DNA of 64,000 nt from contig NC_087472.1 in assembly GCF_036321535.1 (NCBI RefSeq), forward strand, positions 94,056,001 through 94,120,000. The letters run 5' to 3'. Numbering within the stretch: position 1 is the stretch's first letter; every line of letters begins with the position of its first letter. A program made the translations under genes and the position numbers. Shown here piece by piece: positions 36,101-51,100 of the stretch. The notes under the pieces were generated by a model. That model worked only from the letters and a program-made list of their open reading frames with translations. It searched no databases and was not told where the DNA came from. The stretch is from Camelus dromedarius (lineage: Eukaryota).

Positions 36101-39100
36101 GAGGAAGAGGAGGCTTCCCACCGGATGGAGGTGTGTGGGCTGTGTGTTCCGGGCAGGTGAGGCGTCTTCTCCCCGGTAAAGCTGAGCGCCAACAGGATGC
36201 AGCCGCTGCTGCTTTGTGGAGGCTTCAGGTACATCTCCCCACCACTTGGGGAGGACGCAGAAGGGCACCGAGCGCCCCAGTAAGTCAGCGTGCTGGGATG
36301 TGCGGCGGGGCCGTCACAGCCCGAATCCCTGCCTGGCCCTGGCTTGCTGAAAGCGACAGCTCGGTTCATGGGAGGGTCTGTCCCCGACGCTCCGGAGTGC
36401 CGTCCCGTCGTCAAGCGAGGTGCTCCTCCATCGGGCCCGGGACCTGCCCGAAAGCGGTCAGAAGGTTTTCGGGGCGATGTTTTCGTCTCCATCCAGAGCT
36501 ACGGAAAACTTGAGCTGGGACCAGTGCAAAGAAGCCTGGGAGAGGGTTCTCCACGGCAGCAACGGGCTCCACCCTCATGGCAGCATAAAGGGGTCAGCTT
36601 CCCCCCTTGTTGCAAGCCGAGGGCCAGAGGCTTGTGACTTTTGCCCCCGTGTGCCGAGCTCAGCGGGACGCTCATCGCAGACCCGCTGACTGAGTGAGTG
36701 AACTTCCCCCTGTGAGCAAAAGCAGCTCCCCCGGGCCGTTCCCTAGCGCAGAGGTGTTTGCTGCAAGTTGGGCTCCCCCTACGCAGCGGAGATAGTCCTT
36801 CCTCAGAGCTGTCTGTGGTAGGGAGCAGGAGGTCACAGAGCCAGAGGCAGCTGAAGGAAGGCCCACCCTTGGCGGTGTCTGCATGCGCAGTGAGCTTCCA
36901 GCGAGTGCTGGCAAGAAGGGGCGTTGGCGGCTCTTGGGGTGTCAGAAAGCCCGGGACCAAGAGGAGAACCTATGGATTCCAAGCAACGCAGTGAGTGTTG
37001 TGTGACTTTGACGGGGGGGGGGGGGTGGTCCTCATCCGTTGCCCCTCATCCCGCTTGTGGAAACAGGATGGCTGGGGCCTCCTGGACTCCCAGCAGTTAG
37101 GATTCCCTACCTGTGAAGTGGTGCTTGTCTGTGCACTTGAGTCCGTGTATTGTGACCTCAATGCTGCTGTTTTGAGTCCCACCCTCTGACGCCCAGGGAT
37201 GCAGCCTGAGGGGCCCCCATGAGAAGGAGGACACCATGAGGAGGAAAGCAGCACGGAGAAATCGGCAAATTGAATCCTGCACATTCCACGGTGTGGCGTC
37301 GGGCTGACTTTCAGGAATGCCGGAAGAGCGGGATGGTTCCTGAGAATCTCTCGACCAGGCAGGAGGTCTGGGCGGGTGGGTGCGACCCCGCCGCTCTAGA
37401 GGGTGCCCAGGTCTTGCTGATGAGGAGGCCGCAGTTTGGGAACAACCACTCTCCTGCGTCGCTTAAGGTCAGCACGTGCCAGGGACCGATTTGCTCTTCT
37501 GATGAGCAGGGAGTAAGTTAGCAAAAGCTGCAGAACGTAAAGCAACGGAACAAACCAAACGGTTCGGGTTTCAGTTGACGGAGGTCTGTCGGGTAAGTCT
37601 GGGCCCGTTGGCCCTGTCGGTACTGGCAGTTCAAAGGTGAGGACTGTGTGGCGGACTGCACGGGTGAGTAAGTGCTGTAGACAGCTCAGTCTCCTTTGAG
37701 CACGTTGGCGGGCGACGGAGCGTTGGGCAAGGGAATAATAGTACTGCCAGCTATTCCGTGTGGGCCGGGACAGGCGCTAAGGGCTTTTGTTTCTCCTGTC
37801 CTTTCAGAGTCACCCGTGAGGCAGGTGCGGAAACGTTCCCCGTCTCGCGGTAGAGACACCGAGGGTCAGAAATCGCCTTCGTCAGGCGCGGGGGGAGCAG
37901 CCGGGCGAGCTGCGGATGGACACGAGACGAACGGACCCAGACGTGTGCTGTTGAAGGCGAGGAAGAGGAGGCTTCCCACCGGATGGAGGTGTGTGGGCTG
38001 TGTGTTCCGGGCAGGTGAGGCGTCTTCTCCCCGGTAAAGCTGAGCGCCAACAGGATGCAGCCGCTGCTGCTTTGTGGAGGCTTCAGGTACATCTCCCCAC
38101 CACTTGGGGAGGACGCAGAAGGGCACCGAGCGCCCCAGTAAGTCAGCGTGCTGGGATGTGCGGCGGGGCCGTCACAGCCCGAATCCCTGCCTGGCCCTGG
38201 CTTGCTGAAAGCGACAGCTCGGTTCATGGGAGGGTCTGTCCCCGACGCTCCGGAGTGCCGTCCCGTCGTCAAGCGAGGTGCTCCTCCATCGGGCCCGGGA
38301 CCTGCCCGAAAGCGGTCAGAAGGTTTTCGGGGCGATGTTTTCGTCTCCATCCAGAGCTACGGAAAACTTGAGCTGGGACCAGTGCAAAGAAGCCTGGGAG
38401 AGGGTTCTCCACGGCAGCAACGGGCTCCACCCTCATGGCAGCATAAAGGGGTCAGCTTCCCCCCTTGTTGCAAGCCGAGGGCCAGAGGCTTGTGACTTTT
38501 GCCCCCGTGTGCCGAGCTCAGCGGGACGCTCATCGCAGACCCGCTGACTGAGTGAGTGAACTTCCCCCTGTGAGCAAAAGCAGCTCCCCCGGGCCGTTCC
38601 CTAGCGCAGAGGTGTTTGCTGCAAGTTGGGCTCCCCCTACGCAGCGGAGATAGTCCTTCCTCAGAGCTGTCTGTGGTAGGGAGCAGGAGGTCACAGAGCC
38701 AGAGGCAGCTGAAGGAAGGCCCACCCTTGGCGGTGTCTGCATGCGCAGTGAGCTTCCAGCGAGTGCTGGCAAGAAGGGGCGTTGGCGGCTCTTGGGGTGT
38801 CAGAAAGCCCGGGACCAAGAGGAGAACCTATGGATTCCAAGCAACGCAGTGAGTGTTGTGTGACTTTGACGGGGGGGGGGTGGTCCTCATCCGTTGCCCC
38901 TCATCCCGCTTGTGGAAACAGGATGGCTGGGGCCTCCTGGACTCCCAGCAGTTAGGATTCCCTACCTGTGAAGTGGTGCTTGTCTGTGCACTTGAGTCCG
39001 TGTATTGTGACCTCAATGCTGCTGTTTTGAGTCCCACCCTCTGACGCCCAGGGATGCAGCCTGAGGGGCCCCCATGAGAAGGAGGACACCATGAGGAGGA

Positions 39101-42100
39101 AAGCAGCACGGAGAAATCGGCAAATTGAATCCTGCACATTCCACGGTGTGGCGTCGGGCTGACTTTCAGGAATGCCGGAAGAGCGGGATGGTTCCTGAGA
39201 ATCTCTCGACCAGGCAGGAGGTCTGGGCGGGTGGGTGCGACCCCGCCGCTCTAGAGGGTGCCCAGGTCTTGCTGATGAGGAGGCCGCAGTTTGGGAACAA
39301 CCACTCTCCTGCGTCGCTTAAGGTCAGCACGTGCCAGGGACCGATTTGCTCTTCTGATGAGCAGGGAGTAAGTTAGCAAAAGCTGCAGAACGTAAAGCAA
39401 CGGAACAAACCAAACGGTTCGGGTTTCAGTTGACGGAGGTCTGTCGGGTAAGTCTGGGCCCGTTGGCCCTGTCGGTACTGGCAGTTCAAAGGTGAGGACT
39501 GTGTGGCGGACTGCACGGGTGAGTAAGTGCTGTAGACAGCTCAGTCTCCTTTGAGCACGTTGGCGGGCGACGGAGCGTTGGGCAAGGGAATAATAGTACT
39601 GCCAGCTATTCCGTGTGGGCCGGGACAGGCGCTAAGGGCTTTTGTTTCTCCTGTCCTTTCAGAGTCACCCGTGAGGCAGGTGCGGAAACGTTCCCCGTCT
39701 CGCGGTAGAGACACCGAGGGTCAGAAATCGCCTTCGTCAGGCGCGGGGGGAGCAGCCGGGCGAGCTGCGGATGGACACGAGACGAACGGACCCAGACGTG
39801 TGCTGTTGAAGGCGAGGAAGAGGAGGCTTCCCACCGGATGGAGGTGTGTGGGCTGTGTGTTCCGGGCAGGTGAGGCGTCTTCTCCCCGGTAAAGCTGAGC
39901 GCCAACAGGATGCAGCCGCTGCTGCTTTGTGGAGGCTTCAGGTACATCTCCCCACCACTTGGGGAGGACGCAGAAGGGCACCGAGCGCCCCAGTAAGTCA
40001 GCGTGCTGGGATGTGCGGCGGGGCCGTCACAGCCCGAATCCCTGCCTGGCCCTGGCTTGCTGAAAGCGACAGCTCGGTTCATGGGAGGGTCTGTCCCCGA
40101 CGCTCCGGAGTGCCGTCCCGTCGTCAAGCGAGGTGCTCCTCCATCGGGCCCGGGACCTGCCCGAAAGCGGTCAGAAGGTTTTCGGGGCGATGTTTTCGTC
40201 TCCATCCAGAGCTACGGAAAACTTGAGCTGGGACCAGTGCAAAGAAGCCTGGGAGAGGGTTCTCCACGGCAGCAACGGGCTCCACCCTCATGGCAGCATA
40301 AAGGGGTCAGCTTCCCCCCTTGTTGCAAGCCGAGGGCCAGAGGCTTGTGACTTTTGCCCCCGTGTGCCGAGCTCAGCGGGACGCTCATCGCAGACCCGCT
40401 GACTGAGTGAGTGAACTTCCCCCTGTGAGCAAAAGCAGCTCCCCCGGGCCGTTCCCTAGCGCAGAGGTGTTTGCTGCAAGTTGGGCTCCCCCTACGCAGC
40501 GGAGATAGTCCTTCCTCAGAGCTGTCTGTGGTAGGGAGCAGGAGGTCACAGAGCCAGAGGCAGCTGAAGGAAGGCCCACCCTTGGCGGTGTCTGCATGCG
40601 CAGTGAGCTTCCAGCGAGTGCTGGCAAGAAGGGGCGTTGGCGGCTCTTGGGGTGTCAGAAAGCCCGGGACCAAGAGGAGAACCTATGGATTCCAAGCAAC
40701 GCAGTGAGTGTTGTGTGACTTTGACGGGGGGGGGGGGTGGTCCTCATCCGTTGCCCCTCATCCCGCTTGTGGAAACAGGATGGCTGGGGCCTCCTGGACT
40801 CCCAGCAGTTAGGATTCCCTACCTGTGAAGTGGTGCTTGTCTGTGCACTTGAGTCCGTGTATTGTGACCTCAATGCTGCTGTTTTGAGTCCCACCCTCTG
40901 ACGCCCAGGGATGCAGCCTGAGGGGCCCCCATGAGAAGGAGGACACCATGAGGAGGAAAGCAGCACGGAGAAATCGGCAAATTGAATCCTGCACATTCCA
41001 CGGTGTGGCGTCGGGCTGACTTTCAGGAATGCCGGAAGAGCGGGATGGTTCCTGAGAATCTCTCGACCAGGCAGGAGGTCTGGGCGGGTGGGTGCGACCC
41101 CGCCGCTCTAGAGGGTGCCCAGGTCTTGCTGATGAGGAGGCCGCAGTTTGGGAACAACCACTCTCCTGCGTCGCTTAAGGTCAGCACGTGCCAGGGACCG
41201 ATTTGCTCTTCTGATGAGCAGGGAGTAAGTTAGCAAAAGCTGCAGAACGTAAAGCAACGGAACAAACCAAACGGTTCGGGTTTCAGTTGACGGAGGTCTG
41301 TCGGGTAAGTCTGGGCCCGTTGGCCCTGTCGGTACTGGCAGTTCAAAGGTGAGGACTGTGTGGCGGACTGCACGGGTGAGTAAGTGCTGTAGACAGCTCA
41401 GTCTCCTTTGAGCACGTTGGCGGGCGACGGAGCGTTGGGCAAGGGAATAATAGTACTGCCAGCTATTCCGTGTGGGCCGGGACAGGCGCTAAGGGCTTTT
41501 GTTTCTCCTGTCCTTTCAGAGTCACCCGTGAGGCAGGTGCGGAAACGTTCCCCGTCTCGCGGTAGAGACACCGAGGGTCAGAAATCGCCTTCGTCAGGCG
41601 CGGGGGGAGCAGCCGGGCGAGCTGCGGATGGACACGAGACGAACGGACCCAGACGTGTGCTGTTGAAGGCGAGGAAGAGGAGGCTTCCCACCGGATGGAG
41701 GTGTGTGGGCTGTGTGTTCCGGGCAGGTGAGGCGTCTTCTCCCCGGTAAAGCTGAGCGCCAACAGGATGCAGCCGCTGCTGCTTTGTGGAGGCTTCAGGT
41801 ACATCTCCCCACCACTTGGGGAGGACGCAGAAGGGCACCGAGCGCCCCAGTAAGTCAGCGTGCTGGGATGTGCGGCGGGGCCGTCACAGCCCGAATCCCT
41901 GCCTGGCCCTGGCTTGCTGAAAGCGACAGCTCGGTTCATGGGAGGGTCTGTCCCCGACGCTCCGGAGTGCCGTCCCGTCGTCAAGCGAGGTGCTCCTCCA
42001 TCGGGCCCGGGACCTGCCCGAAAGCGGTCAGAAGGTTTTCGGGGCGATGTTTTCGTCTCCATCCAGAGCTACGGAAAACTTGAGCTGGGACCAGTGCAAA

Positions 42101-45100
42101 GAAGCCTGGGAGAGGGTTCTCCACGGCAGCAACGGGCTCCACCCTCATGGCAGCATAAAGGGGTCAGCTTCCCCCCTTGTTGCAAGCCGAGGGCCAGAGG
42201 CTTGTGACTTTTGCCCCCGTGTGCCGAGCTCAGCGGGACGCTCATCGCAGACCCGCTGACTGAGTGAGTGAACTTCCCCCTGTGAGCAAAAGCAGCTCCC
42301 CCGGGCCGTTCCCTAGCGCAGAGGTGTTTGCTGCAAGTTGGGCTCCCCCTACGCAGCGGAGATAGTCCTTCCTCAGAGCTGTCTGTGGTAGGGAGCAGGA
42401 GGTCACAGAGCCAGAGGCAGCTGAAGGAAGGCCCACCCTTGGCGGTGTCTGCATGCGCAGTGAGCTTCCAGCGAGTGCTGGCAAGAAGGGGCGTTGGCGG
42501 CTCTTGGGGTGTCAGAAAGCCCGGGACCAAGAGGAGAACCTATGGATTCCAAGCAACGCAGTGAGTGTTGTGTGACTTTGACGGGGGGGGGGGGGTGGTC
42601 CTCATCCGTTGCCCCTCATCCCGCTTGTGGAAACAGGATGGCTGGGGCCTCCTGGACTCCCAGCAGTTAGGATTCCCTACCTGTGAAGTGGTGCTTGTCT
42701 GTGCACTTGAGTCCGTGTATTGTGACCTCAATGCTGCTGTTTTGAGTCCCACCCTCTGACGCCCAGGGATGCAGCCTGAGGGGCCCCCATGAGAAGGAGG
42801 ACACCATGAGGAGGAAAGCAGCACGGAGAAATCGGCAAATTGAATCCTGCACATTCCACGGTGTGGCGTCGGGCTGACTTTCAGGAATGCCGGAAGAGCG
42901 GGATGGTTCCTGAGAATCTCTCGACCAGGCAGGAGGTCTGGGCGGGTGGGTGCGACCCCGCCGCTCTAGAGGGTGCCCAGGTCTTGCTGATGAGGAGGCC
43001 GCAGTTTGGGAACAACCACTCTCCTGCGTCGCTTAAGGTCAGCACGTGCCAGGGACCGATTTGCTCTTCTGATGAGCAGGGAGTAAGTTAGCAAAAGCTG
43101 CAGAACGTAAAGCAACGGAACAAACCAAACGGTTCGGGTTTCAGTTGACGGAGGTCTGTCGGGTAAGTCTGGGCCCGTTGGCCCTGTCGGTACTGGCAGT
43201 TCAAAGGTGAGGACTGTGTGGCGGACTGCACGGGTGAGTAAGTGCTGTAGACAGCTCAGTCTCCTTTGAGCACGTTGGCGGGCGACGGAGCGTTGGGCAA
43301 GGGAATAATAGTACTGCCAGCTATTCCGTGTGGGCCGGGACAGGCGCTAAGGGCTTTTGTTTCTCCTGTCCTTTCAGAGTCACCCGTGAGGCAGGTGCGG
43401 AAACGTTCCCCGTCTCGCGGTAGAGACACCGAGGGTCAGAAATCGCCTTCGTCAGGCGCGGGGGGAGCAGCCGGGCGAGCTGCGGATGGACACGAGACGA
43501 ACGGACCCAGACGTGTGCTGTTGAAGGCGAGGAAGAGGAGGCTTCCCACCGGATGGAGGTGTGTGGGCTGTGTGTTCCGGGCAGGTGAGGCGTCTTCTCC
43601 CCGGTAAAGCTGAGCGCCAACAGGATGCAGCCGCTGCTGCTTTGTGGAGGCTTCAGGTACATCTCCCCACCACTTGGGGAGGACGCAGAAGGGCACCGAG
43701 CGCCCCAGTAAGTCAGCGTGCTGGGATGTGCGGCGGGGCCGTCACAGCCCGAATCCCTGCCTGGCCCTGGCTTGCTGAAAGCGACAGCTCGGTTCATGGG
43801 AGGGTCTGTCCCCGACGCTCCGGAGTGCCGTCCCGTCGTCAAGCGAGGTGCTCCTCCATCGGGCCCGGGACCTGCCCGAAAGCGGTCAGAAGGTTTTCGG
43901 GGCGATGTTTTCGTCTCCATCCAGAGCTACGGAAAACTTGAGCTGGGACCAGTGCAAAGAAGCCTGGGAGAGGGTTCTCCACGGCAGCAACGGGCTCCAC
44001 CCTCATGGCAGCATAAAGGGGTCAGCTTCCCCCCTTGTTGCAAGCCGAGGGCCAGAGGCTTGTGACTTTTGCCCCCGTGTGCCGAGCTCAGCGGGACGCT
44101 CATCGCAGACCCGCTGACTGAGTGAGTGAACTTCCCCCTGTGAGCAAAAGCAGCTCCCCCGGGCCGTTCCCTAGCGCACAGGTGTTTGCTGCAAGTTGGG
44201 CTCCCCCTACGCAGCGGAGATAGTCCTTCCTCAGAGCTGTCTGTGGTAGGGAGCAGGAGGTCACAGAGCCAGAGGCAGCTGAAGGAAGGCCCACCCTTGG
44301 CGGTGTCTGCATGCGCAGTGAGCTTCCAGCGAGTGCTGGCAAGAAGGGGCGTTGGCGGCTCTTGGGGTGTCAGAAAGCCCGGGACCAAGAGGAGAACCTA
44401 TGGATTCCAAGCAACGCAGTGAGTGTTGTGTGACTTTGACGGGGGGGGGGGGGGTGGTCCTCATCCGTTGCCCCTCATCCCGCTTGTGGAAACAGGATGG
44501 CTGGGGCCTCCTGGACTCCCAGCAGTTAGGATTCCCTACCTGTGAAGTGGTGCTTGTCTGTGCACTTGAGTCCGTGTATTGTGACCTCAATGCTGCTGTT
44601 TTGAGTCCCACCCTCTGATGCCCAGGGATGCAGCCTGAGGGGCCCCCATGAGAAGGAGGACACCATGAGGAGGAAAGCAGCACGGAGAAATCGGCAAATT
44701 GAATCCTGCACATTCCACGGTGTGGCGTCGGGCTGACTTTCAGGAATGCCGGAAGAGCGGGATGGTTCCTGAGAATCTCTCGACCAGGCAGGAGGTCTGG
44801 GCGGGTGGGTGCGACCCCGCCGCTCTAGAGGGTGCCCAGGTCTTGCTGATGAGGAGGCCGCAGTTTGGGAACAACCACTCTCCTGCGTCGCTTAAGGTCA
44901 GCACGTGCCAGGGACCGATTTGCTCTTCTGATGAGCAGGGAGTAAGTTAGCAAAAGCTGCAGAACGTAAAGCAACGGAACAAACCAAACGGTTCGGGTTT
45001 CAGTTGACGGAGGTCTGTCGGGTAAGTCTGGGCCCGTTGGCCCTGTCGGTACTGGCAGTTCAAAGGTGAGGACTGTGTGGCGGACTGCACGGGTGAGTAA

Positions 45101-48100
45101 GTGCTGTAGACAGCTCAGTCTCCTTTGAGCACGTTGGCGGGCGACGGAGCGTTGGGCAAGGGAATAATAGTACTGCCAGCTATTCCGTGTGGGCCGGGAC
45201 AGGCGCTAAGGGCTTTTGTTTCTCCTGTCCTTTCAGAGTCACCCGTGAGGCAGGTGCGGAAACGTTCCCCGTCTCGCGGTAGAGACACCGAGGGTCAGAA
45301 ATCGCCTTCGTCAGGCGCGGGGGGAGCAGCCGGGCGAGCTGCGGATGGACACGAGACGAACGGACCCAGACGTGTGCTGTTGAAGGCGAGGAAGAGGAGG
45401 CTTCCCACCGGATGGAGGTGTGTGGGCTGTGTGTTCCGGGCAGGTGAGGCGTCTTCTCCCCGGTAAAGCTGAGCGCCAACAGGATGCAGCCGCTGCTGCT
45501 TTGTGGAGGCTTCAGGTACATCTCCCCACCACTTGGGGAGGACGCAGAAGGGCACCGAGCGCCCCAGTAAGTCAGCGTGCTGGGATGTGCGGCGGGGCCG
45601 TCACAGCCCGAATCCCTGCCTGGCCCTGGCTTGCTGAAAGCGACAGCTCGGTTCATGGGAGGGTCTGTCCCCGACGCTCCGGAGTGCCGTCCCGTCGTCA
45701 AGCGAGGTGCTCCTCCATCGGGCCCGGGACCTGCCCGAAAGCGGTCAGAAGGTTTTCGGGGCGATGTTTTCGTCTCCATCCAGAGCTACGGAAAACTTGA
45801 GCTGGGACCAGTGCAAAGAAGCCTGGGAGAGGGTTCTCCACGGCAGCAACGGGCTCCACCCTCATGGCAGCATAAAGGGGTCAGCTTCCCCCCTTGTTGC
45901 AAGCCGAGGGCCAGAGGCTTGTGACTTTTGCCCCCGTGTGCCGAGCTCAGCGGGACGCTCATCGCAGACCCGCTGACTGAGTGAGTGAACTTCCCCCTGT
46001 GAGCAAAAGCAGCTCCCCCGGGCCGTTCCCTAGCGCAGAGGTGTTTGCTGCAAGTTGGGCTCCCCCTACGCAGCGGAGATAGTCCTTCCTCAGAGCTGTC
46101 TGTGGTAGGGAGCAGGAGGTCACAGAGCCAGAGGCAGCTGAAGGAAGGCCCACCCTTGGCGGTGTCTGCATGCGCAGTGAGCTTCCAGCGAGTGCTGGCA
46201 AGAAGGGGCGTTGGCGGCTCTTGGGGTGTCAGAAAGCCCGGGACCAAGAGGAGAACCTATGGATTCCAAGCAACGCAGTGAGTGTTGTGTGACTTTGACG
46301 GGGGGGGGGGGGGTGGTCCTCATCCGTTGCCCCTCATCCCGCTTGTGGAAACAGGATGGCTGGGGCCTCCTGGACTCCCAGCAGTTAGGATTCCCTACCT
46401 GTGAAGTGGTGCTTGTCTGTGCACTTGAGTCCGTGTATTGTGACCTCAATGCTGCTGTTTTGAGTCCCACCCTCTGACGCCCAGGGATGCAGCCTGAGGG
46501 GCCCCCATGAGAAGGAGGACACCATGAGGAGGAAAGCAGCACGGAGAAATCGGCAAATTGAATCCTGCACATTCCACGGTGTGGCGTCGGGCTGACTTTC
46601 AGGAATGCCGGAAGAGCGGGATGGTTCCTGAGAATCTCTCGACCAGGCAGGAGGTCTGGGCGGGTGGGTGCGACCCCGCCGCTCTAGAGGGTGCCCAGGT
46701 CTTGCTGATGAGGAGGCCGCAGTTTGGGAACAACCACTCTCCTGCGTCGCTTAAGGTCAGCACGTGCCAGGGACCGATTTGCTCTTCTGATGAGCAGGGA
46801 GTAAGTTAGCAAAAGCTGCAGAACGTAAAGCAACGGAACAAACCAAACGGTTCGGGTTTCAGTTGACGGAGGTCTGTCGGGTAAGTCTGGGCCCGTTGGC
46901 CCTGTCGGTACTGGCAGTTCAAAGGTGAGGACTGTGTGGCGGACTGCACGGGTGAGTAAGTGCTGTAGACAGCTCAGTCTCCTTTGAGCACGTTGGCGGG
47001 CGACGGAGCGTTGGGCAAGGGAATAATAGTACTGCCAGCTATTCCGTGTGGGCCGGGACAGGCGCTAAGGGCTTTTGTTTCTCCTGTCCTTTCAGAGTCA
47101 CCCGTGAGGCAGGTGCGGAAACGTTCCCCGTCTCGCGGTAGAGACACCGAGGGTCAGAAATCGCCTTCGTCAGGCGCGGGGGGAGCAGCCGGGCGAGCTG
47201 CGGATGGACACGAGACGAACGGACCCAGACGTGTGCTGTTGAAGGCGAGGAAGAGGAGGCTTCCCACCGGATGGAGGTGTGTGGGCTGTGTGTTCCGGGC
47301 AGGTGAGGCGTCTTCTCCCCGGTAAAGCTGAGCGCCAACAGGATGCAGCCGCTGCTGCTTTGTGGAGGCTTCAGGTACATCTCCCCACCACTTGGGGAGG
47401 ACGCAGAAGGGCACCGAGCGCCCCAGTAAGTCAGCGTGCTGGGATGTGCGGCGGGGCCGTCACAGCCCGAATCCCTGCCTGGCCCTGGCTTGCTGAAAGC
47501 GACAGCTCGGTTCATGGGAGGGTCTGTCCCCGACGCTCCGGAGTGCCGTCCCGTCGTCAAGCGAGGTGCTCCTCCATCGGGCCCGGGACCTGCCCGAAAG
47601 CGGTCAGAAGGTTTTCGGGGCGATGTTTTCGTCTCCATCCAGAGCTACGGAAAACTTGAGCTGGGACCAGTGCAAAGAAGCCTGGGAGAGGGTTCTCCAC
47701 GGCAGCAACGGGCTCCACCCTCATGGCAGCATAAAGGGGTCAGCTTCCCCCCTTGTTGCAAGCCGAGGGCCAGAGGCTTGTGACTTTTGCCCCCGTGTGC
47801 CGAGCTCAGCGGGACGCTCATCGCAGACCCGCTGACTGAGTGAGTGAACTTCCCCCTGTGAGCAAAAGCAGCTCCCCCGGGCCGTTCCCTAGCGCACAGG
47901 TGTTTGCTGCAAGTTGGGCTCCCCCTACGCAGCGGAGATAGTCCTTCCTCAGAGCTGTCTGTGGTAGGGAGCAGGAGGTCACAGAGCCAGAGGCAGCTGA
48001 AGGAAGGCCCACCCTTGGCGGTGTCTGCATGCGCAGTGAGCTTCCAGCGAGTGCTGGCAAGAAGGGGCGTTGGCGGCTCTTGGGGTGTCAGAAAGCCCGG

Positions 48101-51100
48101 GACCAAGAGGAGAACCTATGGATTCCAAGCAACGCAGTGAGTGTTGTGTGACTTTGACGGGGGGGGGGGGGGGTGGTCCTCATCCGTTGCCCCTCATCCC
48201 GCTTGTGGAAACAGGATGGCTGGGGCCTCCTGGACTCCCAGCAGTTAGGATTCCCTACCTGTGAAGTGGTGCTTGTCTGTGCACTTGAGTCCGTGTATTG
48301 TGACCTCAATGCTGCTGTTTTGAGTCCCACCCTCTGACGCCCAGGGATGCAGCCTGAGGGGCCCCCATGAGAAGGAGGACACCATGAGGAGGAAAGCAGC
48401 ACGGAGAAATCGGCAAATTGAATCCTGCACATTCCACGGTGTGGCGTCGGGCTGACTTTCAGGAATGCCGGAAGAGCGGGATGGTTCCTGAGAATCTCTC
48501 GACCAGGCAGGAGGTCTGGGCGGGTGGGTGCGACCCCGCCGCTCTAGAGGGTGCCCAGGTCTTGCTGATGAGGAGGCCGCAGTTTGGGAACAACCACTCT
48601 CCTGCGTCGCTTAAGGTCAGCACGTGCCAGGGACCGATTTGCTCTTCTGATGAGCAGGGAGTAAGTTAGCAAAAGCTGCAGAACGTAAAGCAACGGAACA
48701 AACCAAACGGTTCGGGTTTCAGTTGACGGAGGTCTGTCGGGTAAGTCTGGGCCCGTTGGCCCTGTCGGTACTGGCAGTTCAAAGGTGAGGACTGTGTGGC
48801 GGACTGCACGGGTGAGTAAGTGCTGTAGACAGCTCAGTCTCCTTTGAGCACGTTGGCGGGCGACGGAGCGTTGGGCAAGGGAATAATAGTACTGCCAGCT
48901 ATTCCGTGTGGGCCGGGACAGGCGCTAAGGGCTTTTGTTTCTCCTGTCCTTTCAGAGTCACCCGTGAGGCAGGTGCGGAAACGTTCCCCGTCTCGCGGTA
49001 GAGACACCGAGGGTCAGAAATCGCCTTCGTCAGGCGCGGGGGGAGCAGCCGGGCGAGCTGCGGATGGACACGAGACGAACGGACCCAGACGTGTGCTGTT
49101 GAAGGCGAGGAAGAGGAGGCTTCCCACCGGATGGAGGTGTGTGGGCTGTGTGTTCCGGGCAGGTGAGGCGTCTTCTCCCCGGTAAAGCTGAGCGCCAACA
49201 GGATGCAGCCGCTGCTGCTTTGTGGAGGCTTCAGGTACATCTCCCCACCACTTGGGGAGGACGCAGAAGGGCACCGAGCGCCCCAGTAAGTCAGCGTGCT
49301 GGGATGTGCGGCGGGGCCGTCACAGCCCGAATCCCTGCCTGGCCCTGGCTTGCTGAAAGCGACAGCTCGGTTCATGGGAGGGTCTGTCCCCGACGCTCCG
49401 GAGTGCCGTCCCGTCGTCAAGCGAGGTGCTCCTCCATCGGGCCCGGGACCTGCCCGAAAGCGGTCAGAAGGTTTTCGGGGCGATGTTTTCGTCTCCATCC
49501 AGAGCTACGGAAAACTTGAGCTGGGACCAGTGCAAAGAAGCCTGGGAGAGGGTTCTCCACGGCAGCAACGGGCTCCACCCTCATGGCAGCATAAAGGGGT
49601 CAGCTTCCCCCCTTGTTGCAAGCCGAGGGCCAGAGGCTTGTGACTTTTGCCCCCGTGTGCCGAGCTCAGCGGGACGCTCATCGCAGACCCGCTGACTGAG
49701 TGAGTGAACTTCCCCCTGTGAGCAAAAGCAGCTCCCCCGGGCCGTTCCCTAGCGCACAGGTGTTTGCTGCAAGTTGGGCTCCCCCTACGCAGCGGAGATA
49801 GTCCTTCCTCAGAGCTGTCTGTGGTAGGGAGCAGGAGGTCACAGAGCCAGAGGCAGCTGAAGGAAGGCCCACCCTTGGCGGTGTCTGCATGCGCAGTGAG
49901 CTTCCAGCGAGTGCTGGCAAGAAGGGGCGTTGGCGGCTCTTGGGGTGTCAGAAAGCCCGGGACCAAGAGGAGAACCTATGGATTCCAAGCAACGCAGTGA
50001 GTGTTGTGTGACTTTGACGGGGGGGGGGGGGGTGGTCCTCATCCGTTGCCCCTCATCCCGCTTGTGGAAACAGGATGGCTGGGGCCTCCTGGACTCCCAG
50101 CAGTTAGGATTCCCTACCTGTGAAGTGGTGCTTGTCTGTGCACTTGAGTCCGTGTATTGTGACCTCAATGCTGCTGTTTTGAGTCCCACCCTCTGATGCC
50201 CAGGGATGCAGCCTGAGGGGCCCCCATGAGAAGGAGGACACCATGAGGAGGAAAGCAGCACGGAGAAATCGGCAAATTGAATCCTGCACATTCCACGGTG
50301 TGGCGTCGGGCTGACTTTCAGGAATGCCGGAAGAGCGGGATGGTTCCTGAGAATCTCTCGACCAGGCAGGAGGTCTGGGCGGGTGGGTGCGACCCCGCCG
50401 CTCTAGAGGGTGCCCAGGTCTTGCTGATGAGGAGGCCGCAGTTTGGGAACAACCACTCTCCTGCGTCGCTTAAGGTCAGCACGTGCCAGGGACCGATTTG
50501 CTCTTCTGATGAGCAGGGAGTAAGTTAGCAAAAGCTGCAGAACGTAAAGCAACGGAACAAACCAAACGGTTCGGGTTTCAGTTGACGGAGGTCTGTCGGG
50601 TAAGTCTGGGCCCGTTGGCCCTGTCGGTACTGGCAGTTCAAAGGTGAGGACTGTGTGGCGGACTGCACGGGTGAGTAAGTGCTGTAGACAGCTCAGTCTC
50701 CTTTGAGCACGTTGGCGGGCGACGGAGCGTTGGGCAAGGGAATAATAGTACTGCCAGCTATTCCGTGTGGGCCGGGACAGGCGCTAAGGGCTTTTGTTTC
50801 TCCTGTCCTTTCAGAGTCACCCGTGAGGCAGGTGCGGAAACGTTCCCCGTCTCGCGGTAGAGACACCGAGGGTCAGAAATCGCCTTCGTCAGGCGCGGGG
50901 GGAGCAGCCGGGCGAGCTGCGGATGGACACGAGACGAACGGACCCAGACGTGTGCTGTTGAAGGCGAGGAAGAGGAGGCTTCCCACCGGATGGAGGTGTG
51001 TGGGCTGTGTGTTCCGGGCAGGTGAGGCGTCTTCTCCCCGGTAAAGCTGAGCGCCAACAGGATGCAGCCGCTGCTGCTTTGTGGAGGCTTCAGGTACATC